DNA of 64,000 nucleotides, from positions 74,437 through 138,436 of the forward strand of contig CAYZYT010000002.1 in NCBI GenBank assembly GCA_964482725.1, given 5' to 3'. The stretch is from an uncultured bacterium (lineage in GTDB: Bacteria; Omnitrophota; Omnitrophia; Omnitrophales; Aquincolibacteriaceae). Numbering within the stretch: the first letter of the stretch is position 1; each line of letters opens with the position of its first letter. The notes below the pieces were generated by a model. That model did no database searches. It saw nothing but the letters and a program-made list of their open reading frames with translations, and was not told the origin of the DNA. Positions 42,706 through 56,000 of the stretch are shown here, one piece after another. A program made the translations under genes and the position numbers.

Positions 42706-43017
42706 CTATTTCACAAACGAACAACAATAGTCCGCGAGTTCCCTGACCTTGAGCTTGAACTTGGACTGGGCGGGAACTTCGAAGGATTCGCCCCCCTGAA
42801 CCTTTTGCCATCCCAGAGCGCCCGGGAGCTGGATCTCCATCTTTCCGGCGAGGATCTCCATGATCTCTTTTTCCGCCGTGCCAAATTCATATTCCCCCGG
42901 CATCATCACCCCGAGAGTTTTCTTGGTCCCGTCGGGGAACAGCACCGTGCGGCTCGTGACCTTTCCGTCAAAATAGATGTTCGCCTTTTTTACCACGGTA
43001 ACATTTTTGAATTCCAT
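42706..43017 (-). CDS. ppnP: Pyrimidine/purine nucleoside phosphorylase (DUF1255)
   Basis: [26 protein letters not shown]...E.MEI, DYCCSF. Confidence 0.92.
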   Translation of the reverse strand: MEFKNVTVVKKANIYFDGKVTSRTVLFPDGTKKTLGVMMPGEYEFGTAEKEIMEILAGKMEIQLPGALGWQKVQGGESFEVPAQSKFKLKVRELADYCCSFVK

Positions 43018-43065
43018 CATAATTTCCCCTCTCATGGCTCGGGTGCCCATGTCATTTTGTACGCC

Positions 43066-43746
43066 TTAGGCCGTACGCTTTTCCGCGGTCAGCGCCGTAA
43101 GCATTTTAGAAATTGTTTTCGCCCATCCGGAAAAAACGGCCTGCGTGTTCGTGAATTTCTGGTACTTGCCGACCGTCAGCGTCTTCAGACTCTTCTTATC
43201 GCCGGAGCCGGACCTCACTTCGGCAAACTCCATCAGAAGCTGCCCGGTCGCGCCATCGGTGATCTTCCCTTCGACCGCTGTCTGGCCGTCTTTATCAAAA
43301 GGAAGCGGCACAGGCGACAGCACCGAGGCGGCAGTCATTCCGACATTAAACAACCGGTCCGGGGTTTCAATGTTCGTAAGCGCCAGACTGATCACCAGCG
43401 TGTGGCCCGAGGGATCGGAAGAGACCGTAAAGCCGCCAGTTTTCAGCTGAGCCTCGACATCTTCGCGGAATTCCTTGGCCAGATTTTCAAGCTCTCCAGT
43501 ATCGCAGGAGCTCGCATTGTCGAGATGGCTCAGATTGACAGGCGCCACCTTGACGGCCTTATAGCCCGAAAGAGTGGTTCCTTTCGGGACATACTCCTGT
43601 TTGAAATAGGTCCCATCTTGAAGCCCGGCATAATCCTGCAGAAACCCGGAAGGAGTCCCCACGCTCGCCGTCGAGCATCCCGACAAAGACAGGGCGAGTA
43701 ATAACAAGACCCAACAAGAAAAGCCTGCGCGCGCTTCTATTTTCAT
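43066..43746 (-). CDS. Lipoprotein, DUF3313-like
   Basis: Lipobox LSGC; SGFL.DY..L; EG.ITD..TG.LL. Confidence 0.7.
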   Translation of the reverse strand: MKIEARAGFSCWVLLLLALSLSGCSTASVGTPSGFLQDYAGLQDGTYFKQEYVPKGTTLSGYKAVKVAPVNLSHLDNASSCDTGELENLAKEFREDVEAQLKTGGFTVSSDPSGHTLVISLALTNIETPDRLFNVGMTAASVLSPVPLPFDKDGQTAVEGKITDGATGQLLMEFAEVRSGSGDKKSLKTLTVGKYQKFTNTQAVFSGWAKTISKMLTALTAEKRTA

Positions 43747-43886
43747 GATCATCCCCTTATCAAGTTGAGATGGCAAAATACGGAACGGGCGTCATTATCT
43801 CCCGTCCGGAAAATTTGGCAAATCAAAAAATACGGCACAGCGCATACCGGAAAGGCAAAAGCGCATTTGGTAGGAGTTAAAACTCT

Positions 43887-43964
43887 GGACCAGAGACTGG
43901 AGACCAGAGACAGGGCTGGCGTTTTCGGCTTCGACTGTAGTCTCTAGGCTGTGGTCTGTGGTCC
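43887..43964. repeat. Intergenic inverted heptamer element (GACCAGA/GACTGGA ... CTGTAGT/CTGTGGT)
   Basis: 7-nt periodic arms in inverted orientation. Confidence 0.65.
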
Positions 43965-43994
43965 GCTCTTAAGATTTTTCGCAATGGGTGGGGA

Positions 43995-44043
43995 GAAAAA
44001 AAGGGACAGGCTGAATTTCCTTAAATCAGCCTGCCCCCTTTTT
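43995..44043 (-). terminator. Intrinsic terminator downstream of the giant gene
   Basis: Minus strand GGGGCAGGCTGA...TCAGCCTGTCCC followed by a T-tract. Confidence 0.7.
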
Positions 44044-44090
44044 CCGATCTCCCTTCCGGGGTGAGATCGATCGAATTTAAAGATGATCCG

Positions 44091-47000
44091 CTACGCTGAA
44101 GCCTTCACCCTTACCTGAGCCGCTATATAGCTCGTCAGCTCGGCCATTAAGGCTTCTAATCCGCCCAATTTCTCGACAGACACAAAGTGATACCCCATGG
44201 ACCATATCGCCTCATTGAGAAGCTTATCCGCGGCAAGAAGCGCAGAAGCGGTCTGCTTGAGAGGATCCCGAGCCCCGACTACGCTCAAGAGCTGCTTGCG
44301 TGAACCGATCTTCCGGGTCACGACCGAATCCTGACGATCCGTGATAAGCGCCACGGGTTTTCCAACCGGCGCCGCAGCGTTATAAAATTCAGCAAACGCT
44401 CCGACAAACTCGTTCTCGCTTGCGAAAGCCTGCACCTTAAAATTTTGCGGCAGCACGCCTTTCAGGTTCAGGGCCGAAAGTTCTTTTTCAAAAAGAGCGA
44501 CCTCGGAAGCCTCCGCGATCAAAGCCAGCACGACGCCGTCTTTCGGGTTATAAAGCGCGAATGTTACCAGAGGCAGCACGCTCGCAGCATCCGGAACCCC
44601 TTGCCGCTGGTCAATGACCATACGCCCGGTAGAAGCGGTCGCAAAATGGCTGATGATCTCGTTAAACACAGGCCATCTTGTCGCAAAAGCCGGAGGAACC
44701 ACCGGGGCGGCCTGATAATGAACCGTTCCGGCAAAAACCAGCGGCGCGATCTCCGAAGCATACGCCGTCGAACTCGACAGTAGCGGCGAAACCGTATTCG
44801 CCGCCACCCGGATCGCCGTCCCGACCTTCGCTGTCAAACTGGTCGTATCAACTCCGGGGACCAGAGGAATGACGGGCGTCTCATAAGTACGGACTTCAGA
44901 ACGGGCGGTTATTTCGCCTTGCAATAGATCAAGCATCGCGATTTCATCCGCCACTCGCCTCGATTCCTGGTCGATTTTTCTAAGTCGCTCGTCTTGCGAC
45001 GGCATCTCATCGATCCCCAAGGCATTACCGTCCAAACCATTCAAACGGTCGTGCAACTCTGCCAAACGGCTCGCGATCTCAGTTCTTATCTCGTCTAATT
45101 GCAAACGAAGTTTGGCATCCAGCGCCTGCCCAGAAAGGAATTTACCGATAACCTGGCCTGACAACGACTCCCAACGCGATCTCAATCCGTCCGCACGCTT
45201 GGAACGTTCCTTTTCAAGGTTCTCAAGCGCTTGAAAACGGTCAGCGTAAAGTCTCCTGACTGGCGACGTAGCACTGGATCGTACACCAAAAAAACTGTCC
45301 TTGGGTAAGCCTGGCAGGAACCCTTTCAGACGAAACCATGCGGCATTGACTTCTTCCGGGATTGTAAATGCTTTCAGTTCCTCCGGCGCTATTTCCCCGA
45401 TGCGTTCGATATAAAGTACCGTTACTGGATAGGAAAGAGCACTCCCCCCTAAAATTTTTCTCACACGTTCTAGTGAGGCAAGGACTTCTTCCGTGGTCGT
45501 AAACGACTTTAGTCTCTCAGTCTCCTGAATCCGGCTGGCGTAAAGCGCCTCAACCGGTTCAGAGAGAGCGATGCCAGTTGAAACTCCTGCCACGCGGACC
45601 CATGAGGCATAAACTTTTTCGGTGGTAGTGAGTGACTTTAATTCTTTCGGCGCAATCTTTACGATGCGGTCAGCGTAAAGTTTTTCGACCGAACTAAAAA
45701 CATAGGACGCTTCCAAACCCCAATCTTCTCTAAAAATTCCGTGTACGCGGGCCCCGGAAGCAAGAATTTCTTCCAAGGTCGTGAGCTGAGGGAGAACTTT
45801 CTTGATCAATCCCGAGACATCGGTTGCCACGGTTTCCCAACCCCTCTCAACTGTCCAATGCTGCCCATCCATCGAATGCCACTTTAAACGAGCAGCCTTC
45901 ATCACTTCCTGCACTGCCTGATAAGGCTCAGACAATTCAGCGCGTATTGCCAATACCGCATCCACTTGAGCAGTACCGGGTACTCCAGCGGCAGATCGAT
46001 CCAGACGAACTTCGGAGCGGTTGCCAGGACCTATCCCCTCCCAATAGCCTCTATCTTTGTCATCATCTGAACTGCTCGGGCTGGCCTCCGCAGCTTGGCG
46101 TTCTCTTTCGAGCCGCTCAGCCGCTTCACGCGCAAGCTGTTCCTTATAACTAGTTAACGCTTCGCTTGAGCGCGGATCACCGATCTTCACTAGCGCCGCC
46201 GCAACGGCATCGCTAATGGAACGGTCTTTTAATGATTCCACCAACGCAGGGACAGCATTGACATCTTTGGTGTCACCAAGCGCTGTGACTGCAGCGCGAC
46301 GAACATCTGGATACTCATTATTAAGCTGCTTACCAAGCTCCGACAAGGCGTTGATCGCTCGAAGCGCTGAAATAGCAACCGCACGGCTCTCCTTGTCCTC
46401 GAGAGTTAAGGCCTTAACAATTTCGGGAATAGCTTTGCCAAGTTCCTCTTGAGCATTGAGATCAACAAGCGCAGCGATAGCGGCTAAACGCACATCCACT
46501 TCCGCATCATTGAATGCAGTCACAATCCCCGGAATCGATTTATGACCGCGGAGTGCGCTAACAGCCGCCAAGCGGACAACCTTGGCGGTATCATGCAAAG
46601 CAATGTTCAAAGCCGGAACGATACGCGGATCGTTGAGCTCGCCGAGAGCTCTAACAGCAACCACTCGACGGTCCGCACCGCCCTGATTATTAACGATAGG
46701 AACCCCGAGGAACGTACCATCCCACCACTTGGGCTGGAGATTCGACAGCGCCTTCTGGAATTGCTTTTCATCAGCACGCGTCTCATTAATAACAAGAGGA
46801 TAAGAAATATCCGAAGACGAACGAGAATCCCTAGCCTCTTGTTCTTCTGATGCTCTCATATATTCGGCTCTGTCATATTGGGCCCCCTCACCACCTAATA
46901 AACCGAGGAATAGACCCGAACCTGAAATCAGAGAAGGTTCTTGAGTGAACGGGACCCCTTCCCAATTCAACCCAAAATAAACCGCCACTGCAGCAACGCC

Positions 47001-50000
47001 AAGCAGCGCTACGGAAGGGAGAAAAGGATAGATTGTTCCTAGCATTAAATTTCTCTTCTGATCTCCCAGTAATTCCGCACGTACGGTGCCGGCCAAAAAG
47101 GCAGTAGACAAGAGACGAGAGACTGGAGACTGGAGGCTAGAAGCTTTGACTGGAGTCTGTAGTCTGTAGTCTGTGGTCTGAGTTCCCCTCACCTCCGCGC
47201 GCTTGGCGATGCCGGTTTTAAGAACAGAAGCTCCTACTGCCGCGGTTCCGCTGGGAGACACGACGCGAATGAGCTGGCCATAAGTAACCAGTTTCGCTAA
47301 ATTTGCATCCGAGAATTCCCTGGTAAATTCACCGTAAGACCGGTTTCCGTTCGCCGGACCCGAGTACCAGGGAGCAACGCCTTCGGACCAACCTTCCCGT
47401 CCTTCCGCATAACCTCTCGCGGCGATATAACTAAGAATGAACGAATTCATCGCCGAAGCGCTGGATCGGGCCGCAAGAAAAGAGGCTTCCTCAGCAGACG
47501 GAACCGCTGGCTCGGAAGAACCGGAACCATTGCCGTCGGACGTTACTGCCGGAGAATCCGTCGGCTGGGATTCCTCCGCATCATTATCACTGCTCCCACC
47601 CTGCTCACAACCGGCGAGACCCATCACGGCTGCGGCGCCGAAAAGCATTAAAGCGCGCCTTACGCCGCGGTTAACGGTTAACGATGAACGGTTAACGCCG
47701 AGTTTCTCGTTCCCCGTTCCCCGTTCCACGGAACTGTCTGTTGTCTGTAGTCTGTAGTCTGTAGTCTGTTTTGAACGCAGTTCGGCCCTTGACGCCCTAT
47801 GCGACGCAGCGCGCGGAGGCTCATAATTGACCGTCAGCACATTCTGGACCACGCTCTTGTTAAGAGTGATGCCGTCCTTCGCAAGGCCAAGCATCCTGGA
47901 AAAAGCTCGGAAGGGGTCCTTGTTTTTTGAAAGCTGCTTGATCGCCTTGATATTGTGATCCGCCAATCCCTGCAAAATTCTGTTATAAACACCCGCATAC
48001 TTCGTGTCCGGCTCCACGCGATCCGCCGCCACAAAAAAGTTGATAATGTTCACATCGTGCCCTGCCAGGTACAGCATATAAAGAAGCCGGACCACGCTCC
48101 GGGGATCAGTAGCCTTCAGCTTCCGAAAATTGAAGATGGCATTCCGGAAATTCACGGTTTCCATAAAATGCGTGAAGCCGTCGAGATCTCCCTGCCGCTT
48201 AATATCGTTCAATTCACTAAGGACCTGCGCCACTTCGTGAGCTTTTTTCGGATCGGTCGTCGCGAGGTGCTTGATCTTTTCTTCCGTCGCGCGAAGGAGG
48301 TTCGGATCGGAATATTCTTCCCAGGCATGTTCCACAGAGATAGCTTCTTTTCCATTCCCCATAAAGGCGTCCACGAGGCGCACCACGGGCCAATACTTTT
48401 CAATATTAACAAAATAGGAGGATTTGGAAAGTTCCTGCATGAACGCGAAATTCTTGATATGGATGTCAGTGGCAACCCGCACGTTGCGGGAAAGCACATA
48501 GGTCGCTGACTGCAACGCCGCGATCTTGAAATACCGGTACCGGTTGCTAAGACGACCATTGTCGAATACAAACGCCTGCTGGCCGTTGCTTGTCGTCCGT
48601 TCGATCTTGAGCCCCAAAGTCTTCATTTCCTTCACGATGTCCGCAAAAGGCTTTTTAGTGAGTTGAGAAATCGACCGGTAAGAACCCAGCTGTTTGCTGG
48701 AGAACATGACCTCGACGGCCTCCTTACTCAGAGGTGCCGCGCCTGAAGCCGCCGTAAAATTGATCCGGTGAATGTCTTTAAACTCGTCAGCTTTTCGGGC
48801 TTGCTCAACCGCCTGGCTCAGGAAGAAAAGCAGGCGCACAAGGGCTCCCGGCTCCAGAGACTGGAGAAAGAAGATCGCGTAATCCAGGGTCCGCGCTTCC
48901 TCAGCTTTACTGTAAAAATCCCGGAAGTTTTTGTACTCCTTAGGCGATTGATCTTCCAGTTTTTTGAGCTCGGCCTGAACCTCGTCATAGACAGCCTTAA
49001 AATAGGAGGACTGACGGTTGGAGGAAAACTTCCTCATCCGCCATTCGAAGAAGCCTTTCTCGAAATTGGCGATAAAGTTGTCGTCCGTGAGAACGTTGAT
49101 AAAAAAATGCAGTTTATCCACGGACATGGGCTCGCCTTTTTGGGTCGCGAGCACATCCAGCGAATTTAAAAAAGCAAGCGTCCGCAGATAACGGGTCTGG
49201 CCGGCATCCGGAAGACCGGCAAGCTGTTCTTTAAGAGAGGTCAGCAGGTTGTAGGTCGTCCTCTCCCCATATTCAACCGTGCCAAGCTCCACATGGAATT
49301 TGACCAGCCAGAAGACTTCTTTCGCATCTTCCGCAGGATACCCCATGGTTTCAAAAATCTGCTGTTCGCGGATCGCGGCAGCACCGATATCTTCGTGAAA
49401 GTTGGCTTTTTTGCCGATCCCGATATCGTGAAAAAGCACCGCCAGATAAAAGAGCACCCTTCGTTGGGCTTCTTTCGCTTTGTCGCCGCCGGTCCCATAC
49501 CGGATGATCTCCTGGAAAGCGTTGCGATAAAGCTCAAACTGCTCCCGGGTGAACTTGATCCCCTGTTTCTTTTTATTAAATTCATCAAACTGCCCTTTCT
49601 CGATCATTTCCAGATACCCGACCAACTCGAGCGTATGCTCCGAGACGCTGGTGTCCTCGTATTTGGTGAATACATTCTTGAGAATCCGGTTGCCGCTGAC
49701 GTCTTTCTTGGGAATCCCGCGCCCGAAGCGAGGGAACCAGGCGGCCATAGTGCCGTTATCAAAAAGACGTTCCAGGCGGTTGACGAGAGTCCCCGGCCCT
49801 TCGAAATCGAGCGCTTCCCGGAGTTTTTCCGGCACTTCCTTGCGCGCAAAATCCGGATGACTGCGATCAATATAGATCTTCTCCATCTCGCTTTCCTTCT
49901 GCTCCACAGGGTCGATCCCCTGCTCTTTTTGGGCGGAAGGCCCCTCATTTTGCTGCTCTTCCACGCTCTTCCGCTGTTTAAACATGTTATCAACGGACTC

Positions 50001-53000
50001 CCGGAGCGATGTCGGGGAACCCTCCCCGAAATGCAGGGTCGAAAAATTCCGTTGTAGGGTCACAAGGCTGTAAACAAGATCCTTCTCCTCGTCATTGAAC
50101 AGATTCGAGAACACCTTGAGGAATTGAGGGAGGATCTTCCACGAATCGGTCGCCTCATCGTTCTGAAAGAGCCGGGCATAATGCTGGAGAAACGCGGTCA
50201 ACCAGAGGATCTTCTTAAGAGGCTGCGATTTCTTATCGGTGTAGTCATTGGTCTCGACAACGCCATAGGCATCGATCAACTTCCGGACAGACTCCGTGTG
50301 CAGCTTCCCGGGCTGGATATCCATCGCCCGCCTTCCGTCGAAGAACTCCTGGATCTTCCGGCTGTCCTCTCGACGCGAGCTGTAAGCTTCCAGATGGCTC
50401 AGGATGTCGTACGTCGTTTTCAGCTGATCGTACCGGGAGGATGTCGTCACAGTCGCTTCGGGAACAAAGGCCAGCTCACTGAGGAGCGTGACATCGTTCA
50501 GCGCTCTCCAGAATCCGTCCAGATTCTCCTTCGCGCTGAGCCATTGAGCGACAAAAGTGCCCCGTTTGTCGGCCGGCAAATTCTTGTGAAAAAGATTCAC
50601 GGCATTTTCAAGTTTGAGGGTCAATTCCTTCCGCCTCGTACTATCGGAATCCATGGCATCGTCATACGCAAGCGCTTTCACAAAAGCATGCGTTGCATTC
50701 TTATAGTCACCGATGCTCAGGTAATGATCCCCCATCGCTCCAAAAAGCTCGATCAGAGCTTCCATGTCCACCACCGGCGCCTGGACTTTCCCGTAAAGAG
50801 TTCCGACATATTCCCGAAGCGCCTTGAGGGATTCTTTGGGATCCAGATGATCCTTACTGTATTTTTCGATCAATATCCTGACCGACGGATGGAAAACGGC
50901 GTTCTTCTCCATCAGAGGAAGATAGTCTTTTCTCATGGTTTCGAAGGTACCGTTCTGCCCCACCATGTAATCCAGCACGTTCATCAACACAAAAACCTGC
51001 TCCGTCAGGAAGAGCTCTTCGGACACACCCTTCCCTTTAGTCGGCCGTAAAGAAAGAAATGCCTGGAGAGCTCCCTGATAGAGCAATCCCCGGGTAAACA
51101 ACCCGGCTCCGGCAACCGCTCCATCACTGGCCAGCTTTCCGGCCCCCAACACTGATTCCGCGAGAACCATCGCTTCGCCCGCCGGATCATATCCGCCCGC
51201 AACCCACAAAGGATCGGCTTTTGCGGCAACATTGTTGGTCATATTGATATTGCGGCCAAACCGGATGGCTTTGATCTTCCCCGGCCCCTGGCCCTGGGAG
51301 AAATACATATCCCGTACGAGAAGGTTCTCCGAGCTGATCCGGGAGAAAGCAGTTTGAAAGATCTTTGTTTTTTGTTCTTTTTCTTCAATGCTTCCGGAAA
51401 ATCTAGCCCCCTCAAGATCCGCGACCGTCTTCGCCGAACGGATCTCGCCTAAAAGCTCCGTATGAAAATCCGGCGTCTTGCCGGGCAACAGGACACCATT
51501 CAAAACCCACGGCAAGCTCACAAGGTTGCCGAAAGTATCCGCCCCGGCCTTCTTCTCCTCCGCGCGAACCTCCGCACGCTTGGCGATGCCTGTTTTAAGG
51601 ACAGAAGCTCCTACCGCTGCGGTTCCGCTGGGAGACACGACGCGAATGAGCTGGCCATAAGTAACCAGTTTCGCTAAATTTGCATCCGAGAATTCCCTGG
51701 TAAATTCACCGTAAGACCGGTTTCCGTTCGCCGGACCCGAGTACCAGGGAGCAACGCCTTCGGACCAACCTTCCCGTCCTTCCGCATAACCTCTCGCGGC
51801 GATATAACTAAGAATGAACGAATTCATCGCCGAAGCGCTGGATCGGGCCGCAAGAAAAGAGGCTTCCTCAGCAGACGGAACCGCTGGCTCGGAAGAACCG
51901 GAACCATTGCCGTCGGACGTTACTGCCGGAGAATCCGTCGGCTGGGATTCCTCCGCATCATTATCACTGCTCCCACCCTGCTCACAACCGGCGAGACCCA
52001 TCACGGCTGCGGCGCCGAAAAGCATTAAAGCGCGCCTTACGCCGCGGTTAACGGTTAACGATGAACGGTTAACGCCGAGTTTCTCGTTCCCCGTTCCCCG
52101 TTCCACGGAACTGTCTGTTGTCTGTAGTCTGTAGTCTGTAGTCTGAGTTCCCTGCACTTCGGAACGTTTTGCGATGCTTGTTTGCAGAAGCTCTTGCTTG
52201 AATGATTTCCACCAGGCGCCTTGGAAATCGTTGTCGATGGACTGAAGCTTTTTGATGGATTCGACCGCGATCCCATACCGGTCGTCAGACGTATTGAGCG
52301 TATCGCCGAACGAGACAAACAAACGGGCGAGGTCCCAAAGAAAGGCTCCCGGGCCCAGAAGAGAGGGAATTGCATCAAGCTCTTCTGCCGTGAGTTTTTG
52401 AGCGATCTCCTGCTGGTATCCGCTCAGAAGGGCTTTGAGATTCTCCCGGTCATAAGCTCTTACCCTCAACCGGCTGAATCCTGCCGCCGAGGAAAAAACA
52501 TTTTTAAAATCTTCGATGCGGGCCTGCCCCTCACGGCTGCGTTCCCAATCCAGCAACGCTTTGACATCGCTACCGCTCTCATTCCACAGGACATTCCCCA
52601 TCTTGACATCCCCGTGAACGGCCACGGAGGGCAAGCTGTGATATTGCTCTAAAGACAATTTTGTTTTCAGGACTTCGATCTCGGCCAGAATAAAATCGGC
52701 ATGCTCGCGGAACAGTTTTTCGCCCCTCGAATTTCGCCCGGGGTTCTGCTCCAAGGTGTTTTTCAGCGCCCGGAGATCCCCTTCCGCCGTCGTGATATCG
52801 ATCGCCAAGCGCTCGTGTTTTTCGCCCTCCGGGGTGAATCCCGAAAGCGCATTGTGCAGCTGCGCTATGACTTTCCCGAGCTGCTCAAAATGACGGGGCT
52901 GAGCATCCTCATAGGCGATCGTTCTTCCCCCTGGGATGAACTGCTCCACGTAGTAATACAGACCTCCGGCCTCCACAAGGTATTCACCCTTCCGGTTTTT

Positions 53001-56000
53001 CAGGATTCCGGGCACGCGAACGCCTTGTTCGTGCGCTCTGACGGCTATGGAAATCACGAATTTGGCTTTTTTCTCATTATCCGAACCGTATTTCAAAACA
53101 AATTGCCCTGTGGGCGATGTGATCAGCAGGGGCTCCCGCATCAGTGTGCCACCGGGAAGCTTTTTGATTTCTAACTGCTGGGGCGCTGTGACACCCAGGT
53201 CATAGTTTTGAAGCATCGTATCGATCAGCGAATCCGTAGTGACAGGAGCGCTCTGACCTTGCCACCGCTGATAATTTTTGATCACCGATGACGGCTGACG
53301 CCAAAGAGGAACGGTGGGACTCGTGGTAACATTCGCAGCCGTCTCCCGCACTTCGGAGCGGATCGTAATCGCATCGCCGATCTCATGGCTCAACACCCCT
53401 TTATCTGCCAGGATCTTTAACCCGGCTTGAACCAATTTCTCAAAAACCAGAATATCGACAGCAGACTTTACCTCAGCAAACAAGGGGACATCCTCGGTCC
53501 CACCCGTCCGAGAAAGAATGGAGAACTCCCTCAAGCTGAGGTCGGCATTCGCATAACTCAGCGGCTCTTTTCTCTCGACCCCCTCACGCTCAAATCGCTG
53601 GCGAATACGTTTCTCCACGACGCCATGCCACATCCCGCTGATCTGCTCCCATTGAATCAATGGCTGTCCCGATTCTTTCTTTTCAACATACTCGTATGGA
53701 AGCAGCTTTGAAAAACTCAGCATCAGTTGCTCTTCCTGTTCCAGAGTCAGCTTCTCCAACCGCTGCTTCAACTGCGCCAAAGCCGTCGCATCCATATCGG
53801 AGATCTTCTGGACTTCAGGCCATGTGATCAAAGAGCGGCCTTCCACCTCAACACCCTCCGATACGGCATACAGCAAGGCGGCTTGATTGATGACATTAAT
53901 AAAAGTCGAGAATAAAGTGATGTCTTTATCCGCCAGAAAACCGTTCTTATTCTTTTCCTTGGAGATCGGAGTATCCACAATATCGGGTTGGCCGTTGACG
54001 GTCACATAGCCACCTCCGGCTTGCCCCAAGTTACGCCAATTTCCAATACCTACATGGGCAAGACTGTGCTTTGCCATGAAACCAAGCACCCGGTCAAATT
54101 GTTTTTGTCCCAATTGCGCGGTCGGACCGTCCGCTGAACGAAGGATCGAGTAAACTTCGCCCCGCATCAATCCTTGAATGAAGGCGAACATAAAACCCAT
54201 GCCATCCCCATGCCCCAGCACGCTCTCGGGTCTTTCCACGATTTGACCCTCTTTGACGACCCAGACGCGGCTAGTATTGAAGGCGATAGCATCCACGGGC
54301 ACTCGGGCAAGGTTCCCGTTGCGGGCGTTGCGCTCGAGGATCTCATAGGTCGCACCAAGGAAAGGCTTCCAGGTCCAGGGGCTAAGCGTATAGCCAAGAC
54401 GGACAGGGCTTCCATTCCCTGCTAATTTGATAAGATTATCCATGGCGAGTTTGACCCCCGTCCCGCCATCCGTATTCTGATTCCCGTACCAGAAAGCAGC
54501 GAGAGCCCGCGGAAGGTCCGTGGGGACATCGTCTGCATTCATCACGCCAGCATCGATCAACGGCTCCAAGGATGAAAACCAGCGAGTTGCCTTCCCCGCC
54601 GCCAGCAGAACTTCCCTGACTCCTCCACGCCCCGCGATATTCCTGCCGGTTTTCTCAAATTCAGCGAGATCGTTCATTTTGCCGTCCGCCACCCGCTGGA
54701 TCACATCTTCCGGGATATTCAGCGAAACAAGCCGCAAAGCGATCTCGTTCAGTTTAAGCGAAGCGGAAAGACCCAGTTGTTTTTGAATGTCCTCCAGAAA
54801 TGCCGAGCGGCTCAAAAGAAGCGCCTTCTTAAATTCCCAATTCAGCGCTGTCTTCAAAAGCAGTGTCACCGAAAGCAAAGCTTCCGCGAAATCGGAAACG
54901 ACCGCATGACTCACGGGCGTGCCGGCGGGAACAATGCCAAGCTCCTTAATGACATTGAGGACCAAAACAGGATCTTTTCTGAAATCATTCTCGAATTTAA
55001 CCAACGCGTTAAACCGAACCACGGGATCTTTTAACGCCTGCTTCGAATATTTTTCGATCAATCCCTCCAACTCATGGACATTGACCCCCCCGACCTTTTC
55101 AGGCAGGACCATTTGATCGGAAGCATCGAGAGTGAGCGGCAAACCCTCGATCAGTCTCTTTAATATCTGACGCGTCAAATATGTCGAGACGATCCTTTCG
55201 GGTGGATAAAGACTCCATACATCCGCGCGAAGGTCCTGCACCTCCAGTGCTCCAGCATCGTTATAACCGATCTGGGCAGTCTTCATCCGCTTCCCAAGAT
55301 TTTCAAAATTCACGGGATTACCGAATTCATTTTCCGTCACCTGACGGATCTCATCCATGCTCGGCTTCTCCAGTTCGTCCCCAATCTTGAACCAAAGCGA
55401 AGTGGTCCGGTCCGCCAGCGGATTCTCCTTAAGTTTCAGATCCGATAAGAACGGGATCGCGATCGCGGTCTGGATCCCTTTAAATATCTGCAAAAGCGCC
55501 AACTGCCGGTCGTGGACCGGCACATTCCGGCTCGTACGCTCCAACGCCTCGGCCGCGTCCAAAAATTTTGAAATATGTTCCAAAACCTCGCTCTTGACCG
55601 TGGGCCACTCCAAAACATTCATCTCCTGCAGCCTCTTCAGATCCGTGTCGAGCAAGGAAGCTCCTGCTTGCGCTGCAATCCGCACTTCCGAGCGGGATTC
55701 TTTGGCGGCCGAAGCCCCTGGTGCTAGCCACAGATCACCTTCACCCGCGCGCTGTCCTTCGCCCTTTGACCGCTGCCCGTTCTTCTGTTCCCCTCTCGCA
55801 TTACGGGCTTCCACCTGCCCGGCCAAAAGAATGATCCTCTCAAAAACCTTCCGGGCGGCAATATTTCGTTCATCTTCGTTACGGGACAAATCCAGTTCTT
55901 TTGCATATCGCGAAAGAATATCCACAAGATCCAGGTCGCCAGCGACATGGTACAGCGCCGATGACTCTTCGCCTTGCGTGCCCACTGTGGTTTGCATGAC

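Noticed and set aside
45928-47081. RAELS and RAELL as additional delimiters
   Set aside because: They lack the terminal R/Q and lie only about 25-40 aa after a full motif; not counted
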